A stretch of DNA of 64,000 nucleotides from Chloroflexota bacterium (lineage in GTDB: Bacteria > Chloroflexota > UBA11872 > VXOZ01): assembly GCA_964291655.2 (NCBI GenBank), contig OZ219801.1, forward strand, positions 32,001-96,000, written 5' to 3'. How positions within the stretch are numbered: position 1 is the stretch's first letter; every line of letters begins with the position of its first letter. The notes below the pieces were generated by a model. The model was not told where the DNA came from. It saw nothing but the letters and a program-made list of their open reading frames with translations, and searched no databases. Positions 40,393 through 50,375 of this stretch are shown in pieces. The position numbers and the translations under genes are program-made.

Positions 40393-40962
40393 ATGGAGCA
40401 GCTCTTCCCCGGCTTCTACTGTTGGCAGGCGCAGTATCGTCCCGGCCGGGAGGCCTACAGTGCTTGGGTTGAAGGCGAGAACGAAAACGTGCTCATTGAC
40501 CCTTTCACGCCGGAAGAGGGTCTCAGCCGGTTCAGTCATCCGAGCAAAGCTATAATTGTGCTGCTGACGACCGCCAACCACGAGCGCGACGCCTACTCAA
40601 TCAAACTCGGCCTGCGTGCTGAGATATGGGCGCCGGAAGCGGCACTGCACGAGATGGATATGATGCCCGATCGGGTTTACAGCGGCGACGAGGATCTCCC
40701 ATGCGGCATCCAGGCGCTTCACCTCGAGGGCTCACACTCCGACGGAGAGACTGCTCTGCTTGTCCCGCGCGGCCCGGGCGTGCTCGTGATTGGTGATGGA
40801 TTGGTCGCGCATCCCAACGCCCCGTGGCGCGTATTCGTGCCCCACGAGCGTGCCGCCCTGCAGCCACTCAAGGACTTGGCGTTCGACGCAATCGTTACGT
40901 CCCACGGCGCGCCGGTGCTGTCCGACGCGAAAGCGGGCTTGTGCGCATTCTTGGAGGCGTAG
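40393..40962 (+). CDS. Metallo-beta-lactamase-fold protein with divergent metal motif
   Basis: VLIDP, TTANHERD, GSHSDG, IGDGL, TSHG. Confidence 0.7.
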   Translation: MEQLFPGFYCWQAQYRPGREAYSAWVEGENENVLIDPFTPEEGLSRFSHPSKAIIVLLTTANHERDAYSIKLGLRAEIWAPEAALHEMDMMPDRVYSGDEDLPCGIQALHLEGSHSDGETALLVPRGPGVLVIGDGLVAHPNAPWRVFVPHERAALQPLKDLAFDAIVTSHGAPVLSDAKAGLCAFLEA

Positions 40963-41012
40963 CACGAATGGCGTGGCGCGAAGAGCTGCGTTTGGGAAGA
41001 AACGCGTTACTA

Positions 41013-41054
41013 GACCTAGCTAAACTAGGTCAAGTTCGCTAATTTTGCTATAAT
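41013..41054 (+). promoter_or_regulatory. Candidate operator palindrome plus extended -10 promoter
   Basis: GACCTAG-N5-CTAGGTC (41013-41031) followed by TGcTATAAT (41046-41054) upstream of the aminotransferase. Confidence 0.55.
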
Positions 41055-41162
41055 TTGATGACAAAGCTCTTGACACCATGATTTCACAGACCAATGGTTA
41101 CCCAAGTGGAGCGTTGCTGGCTTTGCTTGCGAACAGCAGATGACACCGTAAACCGGAGGAGA

Positions 41163-42515
41163 ATGATGAAGACTAGCACCCGTCTACGCGGCCCGGTGAT
41201 CAATACGGAGCTACCCGGCCCGCGCTCACAAGAGATCAAGGCGATGTCTGAGCAGTACGAGCCCAATGCTTCCAGCGAGCAGGTGCCAATTGTTTGGAAA
41301 AACGCTGAGGGCGTCTGGGCAACGGACATGGACGACAACACGTTTCTGGACTTTACCAGCGGCGTGCTTGTCGCGAATGCAGGGCACAGTCACCCGCGCC
41401 TCGTGCGAGCGATGCAAGAACAAGCGGAGAAGGCCGTAAACACGTACGACTTTCTTAACGAGTGGCGCCCACAACTTGCCAAGAAACTGGTAGAGATCAC
41501 ACCACCAAACCTCTCTCGCGCGATTGTGCTCTCCACGGGTGCCGAAACCATCGAGACTGCCATGAAAATCGCGCGCCTTTACACCGGCAAGCACGAGATC
41601 GTGGCGTTCCATGGCGCGTTCCACGGGCGTACCTATGGCGCGATGTCGGTGAACGGCAAGCGCTCCAGCCCCGGTATCAAGGGGTTTGGACCCTTCTTGC
41701 CCGGCGTCGTCTTTGCGCCGTTCCCCTATCCCTATCGCAGCATTCTCTGCCGAGGCCATGAAGACGAATGCAGCGAACGCTGCTTCGAGTACTTCAAGTG
41801 GATCATCGAGACGGAGTCCGAGAAAGACATTGCGGCGGTGCTGGTCGAGACCTACCAGGGCGCAGCCGGCTCGATCATCGCTCCCAAAGACTGGCTGCAG
41901 ATGATCGCGCAGTGGTGCAAAGAAAACGGCGCCGTGCTGATCATCGATGAGGTGCAAGCCTCATTCGGACGCACCGGCAGGCTCTTTGGGTTCGAGCACT
42001 ACGACATCGAGCCGAATTTGCTCTGCCTGGGTAAAGGCATCTCGTCCACGGTGCCGGTATCCGCAGTGGTGGGCGAAGAAGACATCATGAGCGTTCTGAC
42101 ACCCGGATCAGTTTCCAGCACCCACGGCGGCAACGCCTTTTCGAGCCGCGTCGCCCTGGAAAACATCAACATAATCTTGGAAGAGAATCTCTCCGAGAAC
42201 GCGGCCCGCATTGGCGAAATTCTCGATGCCCGTTTCCGCGACATGCAGGCCAAGTACCCCGCCATCGGTGACGTGCGCGGACTCGGGTTGGTCTTTGGCA
42301 TAGAGTTTGTCAAGGACCCCGAGACCCGAGAACCGGCTCCCGAAGTCACGCAGGCCACCATTGACGAAGCCTTCAACCGCGGTCTTGTAATGATCGCGCC
42401 GATTGGATTTTACGGCAATGCAGTCCGCGTCGCGCCTCCGCTCGTCATAACGGAGGATGAGGCGCTGCTCGGCGCGGATATACTTGAAGAAGCGATTGCG
42501 GCCGTAGTTGGCTGA
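41163..42515 (+). CDS. Class III PLP aminotransferase (GabT-like)
   Basis: GAFHGRT, IIDEVQASFGRTG, PLP lysine in LGKG, STHGGN; RBS GGAGGAG. Confidence 0.92.
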   Translation: MMKTSTRLRGPVINTELPGPRSQEIKAMSEQYEPNASSEQVPIVWKNAEGVWATDMDDNTFLDFTSGVLVANAGHSHPRLVRAMQEQAEKAVNTYDFLNEWRPQLAKKLVEITPPNLSRAIVLSTGAETIETAMKIARLYTGKHEIVAFHGAFHGRTYGAMSVNGKRSSPGIKGFGPFLPGVVFAPFPYPYRSILCRGHEDECSERCFEYFKWIIETESEKDIAAVLVETYQGAAGSIIAPKDWLQMIAQWCKENGAVLIIDEVQASFGRTGRLFGFEHYDIEPNLLCLGKGISSTVPVSAVVGEEDIMSVLTPGSVSSTHGGNAFSSRVALENINIILEENLSENAARIGEILDARFRDMQAKYPAIGDVRGLGLVFGIEFVKDPETREPAPEVTQATIDEAFNRGLVMIAPIGFYGNAVRVAPPLVITEDEALLGADILEEAIAAVVG

Positions 42516-42593
42516 TTGTCTCAGAAAGTTGTCTCGTAAAAAAACGCCTCTGCGGCAGAATAGGACGATCAACCACTAGGAGGAGTTGACGAT

Positions 42594-43016
42594 ATGTCTG
42601 ACCTATTTGTTACCGATCTGAATTACCTAGCCATCCTCGTGGCGGGTATCTCCAACATGGTGATCGGGTTCTTGTGGTACGGACCGATATTTGGCAAAGC
42701 GTGGATGGCGTTGCGTGGCATTAGTTTAGAGGATACGAACCCAAACCCTCTCATCTACGTTGTTTCGTTCTTGCTCTCGCTGCTCATGGCCCTTATCCTT
42801 TCAGTTTTCATCCACCACGTGGACGCAAGTATCCAGTCAATGAGCCTTGTACTTGGCCTTTTGGTGGCCCTCTTGGTTTGGGTCGGCTTCATCGGACCGG
42901 CGACCTTTCAAAACAACATGTATTCAGGTATCTCGAAGAAGCTTTTTGCTATTGACTATGGGTACGTGTTGGTCGCCTTGTTGATACAAGGCGCAATCAT
43001 TGGCGTGTGGCGTTGA
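42594..43016 (+). CDS. DUF1761-like membrane protein
   Basis: NYLAILVA...GFLWYGPIFGKAWM...IDYGY; four TM segments; RBS AGGAGG. Confidence 0.8.
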   Translation: MSDLFVTDLNYLAILVAGISNMVIGFLWYGPIFGKAWMALRGISLEDTNPNPLIYVVSFLLSLLMALILSVFIHHVDASIQSMSLVLGLLVALLVWVGFIGPATFQNNMYSGISKKLFAIDYGYVLVALLIQGAIIGVWR

Positions 43017-43266
43017 AGCAAAATTGGTCCGTAGTTCGATCACTATTGCCAAGAAGCACGTATGCTAACTCATAGGAACTCCAGAGCGATCTACGACGGC
43101 AGCAGCCTTCGTCTCGTCGCTTCACTTTCGTGGATTGCCTAGCGGACTTGCTCATTTGGGAACGCACAAGGAACGGGGAACCAAGGCGATGACTTAGTGC
43201 CGGCTCATTTGTAGATTGCAATTCTGGGGATCTGATAAAGCCGGATAGGAAGGTCAAACCATAGCC

Positions 43267-44949
43267 ATGTTGAGAGGAGGCGAAGCCCTCGTCAAGTCGC
43301 TCGTCCGGGAGGGTGTCGAAGTAATTTTCGGGATCCCCGGCATACACATGTCCGGGATCATCGCCGCCCTGCGAGACGAACCAGCCATCCGCATGATCAC
43401 CACGCGCCACGAAGCCGGCGCAGCCCACATGGCCGACGGCTATGCCCGTGCATCGGGAAAACCGGGGGTAGCCCTGGTGGTTCCCGGCGCGGGACTTTAC
43501 AACGCTGCCTCCGGCCTCGCCACGGCATACGCCCGTTCTTCGCCCGTCCTTGCCATTGCCGGCCAGATTCCGCGCGGCCAAATTGGCAAAGACCTTGAGG
43601 TCTATCATGAAGTCTCAGACCAATCCTCCGTAGTCCGCCCTGTCACCAAGTGGCAGCGGCAGGCGTTGACACCGCGGGAAATCCCGGACGCCGTGTGCGA
43701 AGCGTTCAGACAGATGCGTACCGGCCGTCCTCGCCCCGTCCTCCTTGAGATTCCTCCCGAGGCCGGGGTAGAGCGCGATGTAGTCCAATTGCGGAACCCG
43801 GCAAAGTTTTCGCGCATTGTGCCAAGCCAGGAAAACCTGCGGGAGGCCGCCCAACTTATCGCCCAATCTCGTCTGCCTCTGATTGTTGCCGGCGGTGGTG
43901 TGGCGATTTCAGGTGCGGAAGAGTCTCTCACAGCCTTGGTCGAGGCCACGAACATACCCGTGATCACCTCCAGTGGCGGCAAGGGTGCCATACCGGACCG
44001 CCATCCGCTGTGCTACGGCGCGTGTCTCAGTCCCGCCGGGGAGAGACCCGAGATGAATCAACTCTTTGAGGTGATGCAGTCTGCGGACGTGGTTATCGGC
44101 ATTGGCACACGCTTTTCGCTGGGCAATCCGGCCGGCGAGGCGTCCACGTTGGTCAACATCAACATTGACGACTCCGAGCTCACGAAAGTCCAATCCAATA
44201 CCATTCCCTTGCATGGCGATGCCAAGGCAACCGTGGAAGCGCTGCTCCCGCTCCTCATCGAGGCCGGAGCTGGTAATCGCTCTTCGCCCGCCGAAGCGGT
44301 TAGCGCGGCACGCCGCCTAATCGCCTATCACGACATCAGACAGAAGGAGCCGCAGTATCCAATTCTGGATACAATGCGAAACAGCATTCCGGAAGACACT
44401 TTCGTCGTTTGGGACAGCACAAAGTTTGGCTATTACGCCCGCACTCATTATCCGGTGAACCAGCCTAAGACATTCATCGATTCCGGCTACTCATTCAACG
44501 TCGGTTTTTCCTTTCCGGCGGCGCTGGGAGTAAAAGTAGCTGCACCCGACCGTCCCGTGGTGAGTGTCATTGGAGACGGCGGGTTCATGTTCAACTCCCC
44601 TGAACTTTCCACGGCGGTTAGCTATGGGATCAACACCATAACCATCGTCTTTCGAGACGACTCCTACGGCAACGTTGCCTACGACCTGGACGAGTTCTTT
44701 GCCGGAACTTACGAAACCGACTTGCTTAACCCGGACCTCGTCACATTCGCCGAGTCTTTCGGCGCAATCGGCATGCGGGCGGAGGACCCAATGGAACTCG
44801 AAACGCTGCTGCCAGATGCGCTGGCGCGCCAAACGCCGGTAGTCATTGACGTGCCGGTCGGCGACATGCCGTTGCCCCGCGCCAAGCTGCAAGCCCATCT
44901 CCCCTCCGTGCCCTGGGTCGTACCCCAGGAGGGGCTAATACAGCCGTGA
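43267..44949 (+). CDS. Thiamine diphosphate-dependent enzyme (acetolactate synthase-like)
   Basis: FGIPG, TRHEAGAAHMADGYAR, GDGGFMF motif. Confidence 0.9.
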   Translation: MLRGGEALVKSLVREGVEVIFGIPGIHMSGIIAALRDEPAIRMITTRHEAGAAHMADGYARASGKPGVALVVPGAGLYNAASGLATAYARSSPVLAIAGQIPRGQIGKDLEVYHEVSDQSSVVRPVTKWQRQALTPREIPDAVCEAFRQMRTGRPRPVLLEIPPEAGVERDVVQLRNPAKFSRIVPSQENLREAAQLIAQSRLPLIVAGGGVAISGAEESLTALVEATNIPVITSSGGKGAIPDRHPLCYGACLSPAGERPEMNQLFEVMQSADVVIGIGTRFSLGNPAGEASTLVNINIDDSELTKVQSNTIPLHGDAKATVEALLPLLIEAGAGNRSSPAEAVSAARRLIAYHDIRQKEPQYPILDTMRNSIPEDTFVVWDSTKFGYYARTHYPVNQPKTFIDSGYSFNVGFSFPAALGVKVAAPDRPVVSVIGDGGFMFNSPELSTAVSYGINTITIVFRDDSYGNVAYDLDEFFAGTYETDLLNPDLVTFAESFGAIGMRAEDPMELETLLPDALARQTPVVIDVPVGDMPLPRAKLQAHLPSVPWVVPQEGLIQP

Positions 44950-45176
44950 GGGGTTGCCCACAGTCATGGCTGAAGCACTCCTTTGATTAAGACTGTAGAG
45001 TGGCATTGACCGGATAGGGAGCGCGGCTTGGGTAACGATTGAAGTGCCGCTCGAACACAGATGTTGGTGCCGTCGCACAACGTAGTAGCTCACCCGCTTG
45101 AGGCCTGTTCCGACGTGGTGAATTGCGTCAGCGGTATGCCAGCACAGAATTGAGGTCCGTGGCTGGCGGCTTGATG

Positions 45177-46721
45177 CTATTCACGGAGACTCTTCGTCAC
45201 GAGTGGAATCTCGACGAGCAAGTCTGAGGCGAGCAGCCCACTATCACCTAAGCGAGATCGCACCCGTTCGCCGGCTTCGCCGTGAATGAAGGCCCCCGCC
45301 ACTGCCGCCTCGCGTGGCGCAACGCCTTGTGCCAGCAAGCCAACCGTGATCCCTGCCAACACATCGCCCGTACCGGCAGTAGCAAGAGCCGGATTGCGAT
45401 GGGGGTTGATATAAGTTGTGCCATCCGGCGTGGCTGAAATGCTCGGTGCGCCCTTGGCCATTACGACCACGCCCCAGTCGGCAGCACACTGCTGCGCCAG
45501 TTGCAGCCGATTCCCATCTACTTTTGCGGCCGGCTGGCCAAGTAAACGACCGAACTCCCCAGCGTGAGGAGTAAGGACTGTCTGCGGCGGCAGAACACTC
45601 TCCAAGTCCTGGCCGATAATCGCATTGATGCCATCAGCGTCGAGCACCAGGGGTGGGGCGTCCGCAGAATTGCGGAGCTCGTGCACAAGCGCGCGCACGA
45701 AAGCATACGTCTCCGGGTCGTTTCCCAGTCCACAGCCCACGAGCAGCGAACGGTATTGTGGCAGTATCTCCATGATTGTGCCCAAGTCATCGGAGGTGAC
45801 GTGACCGACTTGATTGGAAAGCGGCAGGAACGTGCATTCGGTTACTCTTGATGCCACCGCTGCGTGAATAGAGGCAGGCAGAGCCACAGTTACTAGGCCG
45901 GCGCCCGCGCGCGCGGCTGCGGCGGCACTCAAAGACGCTGCCCCAATGTACCGCGAAGAGCCTGCGACTATGAGCGAGCGGCCAAACGAGCCCTTGTGCG
46001 CCCCTGCGGTACGTCTCGGCAAGAAGCCTTGCACGAGGGATGCACTTGTGCGCTGAAGCGTCAAAGGGTCTGCCCATACTTCCGGTAGGCCTATGTCAGC
46101 AGTTGAGACCTCGCCAGCACAATCGGCCCCCTTGCCCACAAAGCAGCCCGGCTTGGCAAAGCCCGTGGCCAATGTAAAGTGGGCTTGAAACGCCTGCGGA
46201 TCTGCTTCGCCGCTATCCGCATTGATGCCGCTGGGGATATCCACTGCCACGCACAGTGTATCGGCGCGCAGGGTCTTGTGATGCGTCCTGAGCACCTCCA
46301 GAACGCTGCCCCGCAGAGGTGGTGTCGCGCCGGTGCCAAGTAAAGCGTCCAACACACAGTCCGCACTTGCCAACCACTCATCGAGCCGCCCCGCACTGTC
46401 GCCCACGCCGTGGATAGCCACTGGGATCCCAACGGACTGCACCCGCTTGAGGTTGGTGTCATCAGTACGGCCGCGAGTCAGGTAGACCCAAGGCTCTACT
46501 CCAAAGCGGTATAGGTGGTAAGCGGCCACCAACCCGTCACCGCCGTTATTGCCCACACCTGCGAGAATGAGCACACGCTTACCGGGCGTGAGCTGTCCTT
46601 TCGTCCTGAGAAGAGTCGCGATATTGTAGCCCGCTAACTCCATGAGGGTGCGCTCATCCATTCCCATGGCTACGGCATCAGACTCGAGTTGGCGCATTTC
46701 CTCAGTCCGCGCTATTTTCAC
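45177..46721 (-). CDS. nnr: Bifunctional NAD(P)H-hydrate epimerase/dehydratase
   Basis: GNNGGDG, DALLGTG, DIPSG, HKGSFG, DADG, TPHAGE, LATAGTGDVLAG. Confidence 0.93.
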   Translation of the reverse strand: MKIARTEEMRQLESDAVAMGMDERTLMELAGYNIATLLRTKGQLTPGKRVLILAGVGNNGGDGLVAAYHLYRFGVEPWVYLTRGRTDDTNLKRVQSVGIPVAIHGVGDSAGRLDEWLASADCVLDALLGTGATPPLRGSVLEVLRTHHKTLRADTLCVAVDIPSGINADSGEADPQAFQAHFTLATGFAKPGCFVGKGADCAGEVSTADIGLPEVWADPLTLQRTSASLVQGFLPRRTAGAHKGSFGRSLIVAGSSRYIGAASLSAAAAARAGAGLVTVALPASIHAAVASRVTECTFLPLSNQVGHVTSDDLGTIMEILPQYRSLLVGCGLGNDPETYAFVRALVHELRNSADAPPLVLDADGINAIIGQDLESVLPPQTVLTPHAGEFGRLLGQPAAKVDGNRLQLAQQCAADWGVVVMAKGAPSISATPDGTTYINPHRNPALATAGTGDVLAGITVGLLAQGVAPREAAVAGAFIHGEAGERVRSRLGDSGLLASDLLVEIPLVTKSLRE

Positions 46722-47003
46722 CCTCAGAGCTCCTCGTGACTACCACTCGGAAAAGTAATCTCATTTTCAGATTTGCGTGACTACGATGAGCATCAAGTTC
46801 GCTTACAAGCCCTAGAATTTCCCCTTAGCATCGATGGGAATTCTCTCCTGGCGTGCGAAGAACTTGCCAAGCAGCTTCGTGTCACTTTCGCTCAGTCTTC
46901 AATGCCGCCTGCAGCGGAATGGGCTCCGCCAACCGTCCAGTTGCTCTATTCGGACATTCTGGTCCCGCCATTTCCTGCCGCTCGGGACTTTGCATGCCCT
47001 TTT

Positions 47004-47849
47004 CTAAGTTGCTACAACAACTGCCATCGCGAATTCACGGCTATGGCTTAGACTGACAGCAAAGTGCCGTAGATTGAGCTCCCGCGCCCGTGCAGCAGCC
47101 GCCCCATGAAGATAGACCAGCGGCTTGCCGCGCATATCGGGCAAGACCTCCATTTCCCGCCAGCGAATGCCCCAAATGCCTGTGCCCAGCGCTTTTGAAG
47201 TTGCCTCTTTCGCGGCAAATCGCGCTGCGAGTTCCGGTACTCTGCCACGATACAGCGCCTGCTCCGCTTCGGTATAGACTCGGTAGAGAAAGCGCTCACC
47301 GTAGCGCTCGACAACACGCGCAATCCGCGGAATCTCAATTATGTCCACTCCGGTACTTGGTCCTCCAGCGGCAGGCAAGATGCTGTCGACTCCCGTCCCT
47401 GCAGGCGCGGGACGAATCAGACCCCTTCCCTGGGCGACACATGCAAGGATTTCTCTAGCCATGGGTGCAGAGTCTACACCGTCGGTATTGATGAGCCTTG
47501 CACGCCGGAAGACGCCCTGTAGTCGCGTAGGCTTGCGCAAGAGAAAGAGAAAGAGCGGGCTCGTGTTTTGATCGAATGCGCCCAAGAGTGAGGACACGCT
47601 CTCCAAATGAGGGAGAACGAGAACGCACGTCCCGCCGTGGGCGGCAATCCTCTCCGCACTCGCCGCCAGAGTCCCGGCAAGCCACGGTACGCTAGATGTG
47701 GGTTGACCACTCCCTGTGGCAACGGATGCTTGGTTCTCAACGGGGACAAAGTAATCCTGTTGCAAAACGGTAGTCTGCGCCAAATGGCCTGCAAGCGCAT
47801 GACCGACCTGCGCTCCTACCAAGGCATTTCCAGCGAAGACGATGATCAT
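47004..47849 (-). CDS. acpS: Holo-ACP synthase with about 160-aa N-terminal extension
   Basis: GVDIIEIPRI, LAARFAAKEATSKALGTG, GKP, SLSH; ATG overlaps the upstream stop. Confidence 0.85.
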   Translation of the reverse strand: MIIVFAGNALVGAQVGHALAGHLAQTTVLQQDYFVPVENQASVATGSGQPTSSVPWLAGTLAASAERIAAHGGTCVLVLPHLESVSSLLGAFDQNTSPLFLFLLRKPTRLQGVFRRARLINTDGVDSAPMAREILACVAQGRGLIRPAPAGTGVDSILPAAGGPSTGVDIIEIPRIARVVERYGERFLYRVYTEAEQALYRGRVPELAARFAAKEATSKALGTGIWGIRWREMEVLPDMRGKPLVYLHGAAAARARELNLRHFAVSLSHSREFAMAVVVAT

Positions 47850-49060
47850 TCTCCAACCAGGCTTACGTACTGGATCACGCCTTCGTAGGAGTGGCCGGAA
47901 GCCACAACTTCCACATCCCGGATGAAGATAGGACGCTGCGCGAGTTGAAGTATGTTCTTCTCATACGTAAACCACGCATCTTGAGAGACTTGTGTTGCAT
48001 TCTCAGTCAAAAAGCCCTCCTCACTCGGTACGTGGTAATAGAACCCATGAAACCACACTCTCTCTTCTCCATTTATGTCCCGGTAGCGAATGCGTACTAT
48101 GACGGGGTACTCGGACCCTCTCCAGCCGCCTCCGGGCAGGCTCTGGTGGACCGCCTTAATCCGCGCCCTTAGATACAACTCTTCGAAGTCCCATACGTCG
48201 CGGTCGATCTGCTGTACGAGAACGGTCTGACCGTGTCCTTCTCCATCACGCTTTAGGTGCACACCGCCTAGTTGAAAGGTAGCTGAGCCGGAAGGTGCTG
48301 CTATGGAGCGGTCCTCTTCGGTCCAGTATGCGCGCAAGTCCTGTTCGGGCAGTGTGAAGTCGCCCAGTTGCACAAGGTCCTGCACAGCCGGCAACGGCGC
48401 GAGCGGCAGTTGACCCTCTTCTGTGGTCACTCGTTCCCCGGCGGCAATTTTCAAATCTGCTGGGCCATTGGACACGGTCGCGCCGCCTAATCGCACGCCG
48501 AGCGAACTGCGATGCTCATCAATGACTTCCACAGCATAGCTTCCCTCCTGCAAGGTAGCTGTAAACGTTGGCACGCGCACACGAAAGTCGCGCTCTTCCG
48601 GAGTCCTGGCCACCGCCACCCCAATGCGGCTCTTGCCTTTGACTTGCTCGATGACGACTTGCATTTTCTCAGGTTGATACCGCACGAGGTTGGACGCAAT
48701 TAGGGTAACGCCACTGTTCGGGTACAAGACGACAGTACTGCCATCCGGCAGCGCCAAGAACGCGCGAGAATTCTCATCGGTCGTAATGCTGTCACCGGGA
48801 TTCAGCAGTGTACCTTCAAATCGCACGACCCAACTTGGCGAACCCGCCGTAAGCACGTACACTTCTTGGCCGCTAATCACGCGCACAGGTACCGATACAT
48901 CCCGGCGGATACTCTCGATGACCCAACTCAATGCATGGGGAAGGGAAAAGACAATTCCCAAGAAAATGAGAAAGCCAACAACAAGAGTTGCCCATGCCAG
49001 ACGCTGCAAGCCTGCATATGTGCGGCTTGCTGTCACTGGAGGGGCCGTGTATTGTTGCAT
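47846..49060 (-). CDS. Membrane-anchored FecR-like domain protein
   Basis: N-terminal TM; GDSITTD..SRAFLALPDGSTVVL FecR-like motif; C-terminal beta-rich domain. Confidence 0.65.
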   Translation of the reverse strand: MQQYTAPPVTASRTYAGLQRLAWATLVVGFLIFLGIVFSLPHALSWVIESIRRDVSVPVRVISGQEVYVLTAGSPSWVVRFEGTLLNPGDSITTDENSRAFLALPDGSTVVLYPNSGVTLIASNLVRYQPEKMQVVIEQVKGKSRIGVAVARTPEERDFRVRVPTFTATLQEGSYAVEVIDEHRSSLGVRLGGATVSNGPADLKIAAGERVTTEEGQLPLAPLPAVQDLVQLGDFTLPEQDLRAYWTEEDRSIAAPSGSATFQLGGVHLKRDGEGHGQTVLVQQIDRDVWDFEELYLRARIKAVHQSLPGGGWRGSEYPVIVRIRYRDINGEERVWFHGFYYHVPSEEGFLTENATQVSQDAWFTYEKNILQLAQRPIFIRDVEVVASGHSYEGVIQYVSLVGE

Positions 49061-49061
49061 G

Positions 49062-49355
49062 TCATTGCCTGATCTGAAACTTGGTATAAGCTCCAGAAAG
49101 CGGTTCCCAGGTAGTCTCGACGAGCTCCACACGGCTCAACAGCGGCCCGCTCTTGAGCCGCGCCAAGAGCGTATCTAGTTCGTCAACCGGACCTTCGGCG
49201 AGAACTTCCACACTGCCATCGCTGTCTACGTTGCGCACGAATCCCACCAGCCCAAGACGCGTCGCGGTCCGTTGTACGAAATCACGGTATCCAACACCTT
49301 GCACTCGTCCGTACACGCGTACACGTAGCTGTCGCAGACCAGGGGGCTTTCGCAT
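49062..49355 (-). CDS. acyP: Acylphosphatase
   Basis: VYGRVQGVGYR, GLVGFVRN..DGSVEV.AEG. Confidence 0.92.
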   Translation of the reverse strand: MRKPPGLRQLRVRVYGRVQGVGYRDFVQRTATRLGLVGFVRNVDSDGSVEVLAEGPVDELDTLLARLKSGPLLSRVELVETTWEPLSGAYTKFQIRQ

Positions 49356-49386
49356 GATTCTCTCCGGCGAACGTCCCGCAGCTCCG

Positions 49387-50373
49387 TTAGCTCTGCGCGT
49401 TCTCCAGCCCAAGCTCCTGTCGAACTTCGCCCACTGCTTCCACGATAACGGCAAGTTTGGCTTGCGCCTCGTCTACCGAGCGGGTCTTCAGGCCGCAGTC
49501 CGGGTCGATATAGAGTCGGTCGGCGGGCACTACATCTAGCCCCTTGTAAATGCCCGCCTTCACCTGCTCTTTATTCTCGACAATGTGGCTGTGCACATCC
49601 ACGACGCCCATTGCCAGATTCTTGGTAAAAGGTGCGCGCGAACTGAAGAGATCAAGGAGGCTAAAGTCGCTATTTGCCATTTCCAAGTCAATGACGTCTA
49701 CCGGAATATCGAGCATCTTGGGATAAATGGCTTCAAAGTCGCCATAGCAGATGTGTGTGCCGGTAGTTGCCTCAATTCCATCGACAACCACTGCCATCGC
49801 CCGTATTGCCAGCGGGAGGTCTTCCGGCCGCGTGGACACTGCCGGCTCGTCAATCTGTATGTACTTTGCGCCAGCTTTCTCTAAGTCCACTACCTCTTCG
49901 TGCAGCGCCTCAGCCATCGCCAGCACGAATTCTTCCTGAGTGTCGTAGTAGTTGTTGTACGACCACTCTGCCATCGTGTAGGGCCCGGTGATCATGCCCT
50001 TAACGGGCTTATTCGTCAGGCTCTGGGCATAGTGCCACCAGTCGAGTGTGAACGACTTGACCCGCTTCAAAGGGCCTACTGCGATTGGCTTCCTGTAGTA
50101 CCGGTTACCGTACGACCGCACGAGGCCGCTAATTTCCATACCTTCCATCATCTCAGCGAAGTACGTTGCCATATCGCCGCGGTACATTTCGGAGTCGACG
50201 ACGATGTCAAGCCCGAGTTCATTCTGGAAATCAATCCAGAACTTCGTATATTCTCGTTCCATCGCCTCCAAGTCTTCTTGGGGCAACTTGCCACGCGCAA
50301 ACTCAGTTCGCGCTTTGGCGAGCGCCGGTGGCTTTGGCAAACTTCCAACTTGTGTAGTCCATAGACCTTCCAT
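49387..50373 (-). CDS. Cobalamin-independent methionine synthase, catalytic half (split MetE)
   Basis: TTQVGSLPKP, VRSYGNR, KGMITGP, QIDEPA, zinc ligands THICYG, DLE, DPDCG. Confidence 0.88.
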   Translation of the reverse strand: MEGLWTTQVGSLPKPPALAKARTEFARGKLPQEDLEAMEREYTKFWIDFQNELGLDIVVDSEMYRGDMATYFAEMMEGMEISGLVRSYGNRYYRKPIAVGPLKRVKSFTLDWWHYAQSLTNKPVKGMITGPYTMAEWSYNNYYDTQEEFVLAMAEALHEEVVDLEKAGAKYIQIDEPAVSTRPEDLPLAIRAMAVVVDGIEATTGTHICYGDFEAIYPKMLDIPVDVIDLEMANSDFSLLDLFSSRAPFTKNLAMGVVDVHSHIVENKEQVKAGIYKGLDVVPADRLYIDPDCGLKTRSVDEAQAKLAVIVEAVGEVRQELGLENAQS

Positions 50374-50375
50374 CG

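Noticed and set aside
39707-41957. Long minus-strand ORFs (211 aa and 243 aa)
   Set aside because: Shadows of well-supported plus-strand genes.
43155-43250. c-di-AMP (ydaO) riboswitch-like GGAACGGGGAACC
   Set aside because: The other conserved segments are not seen.
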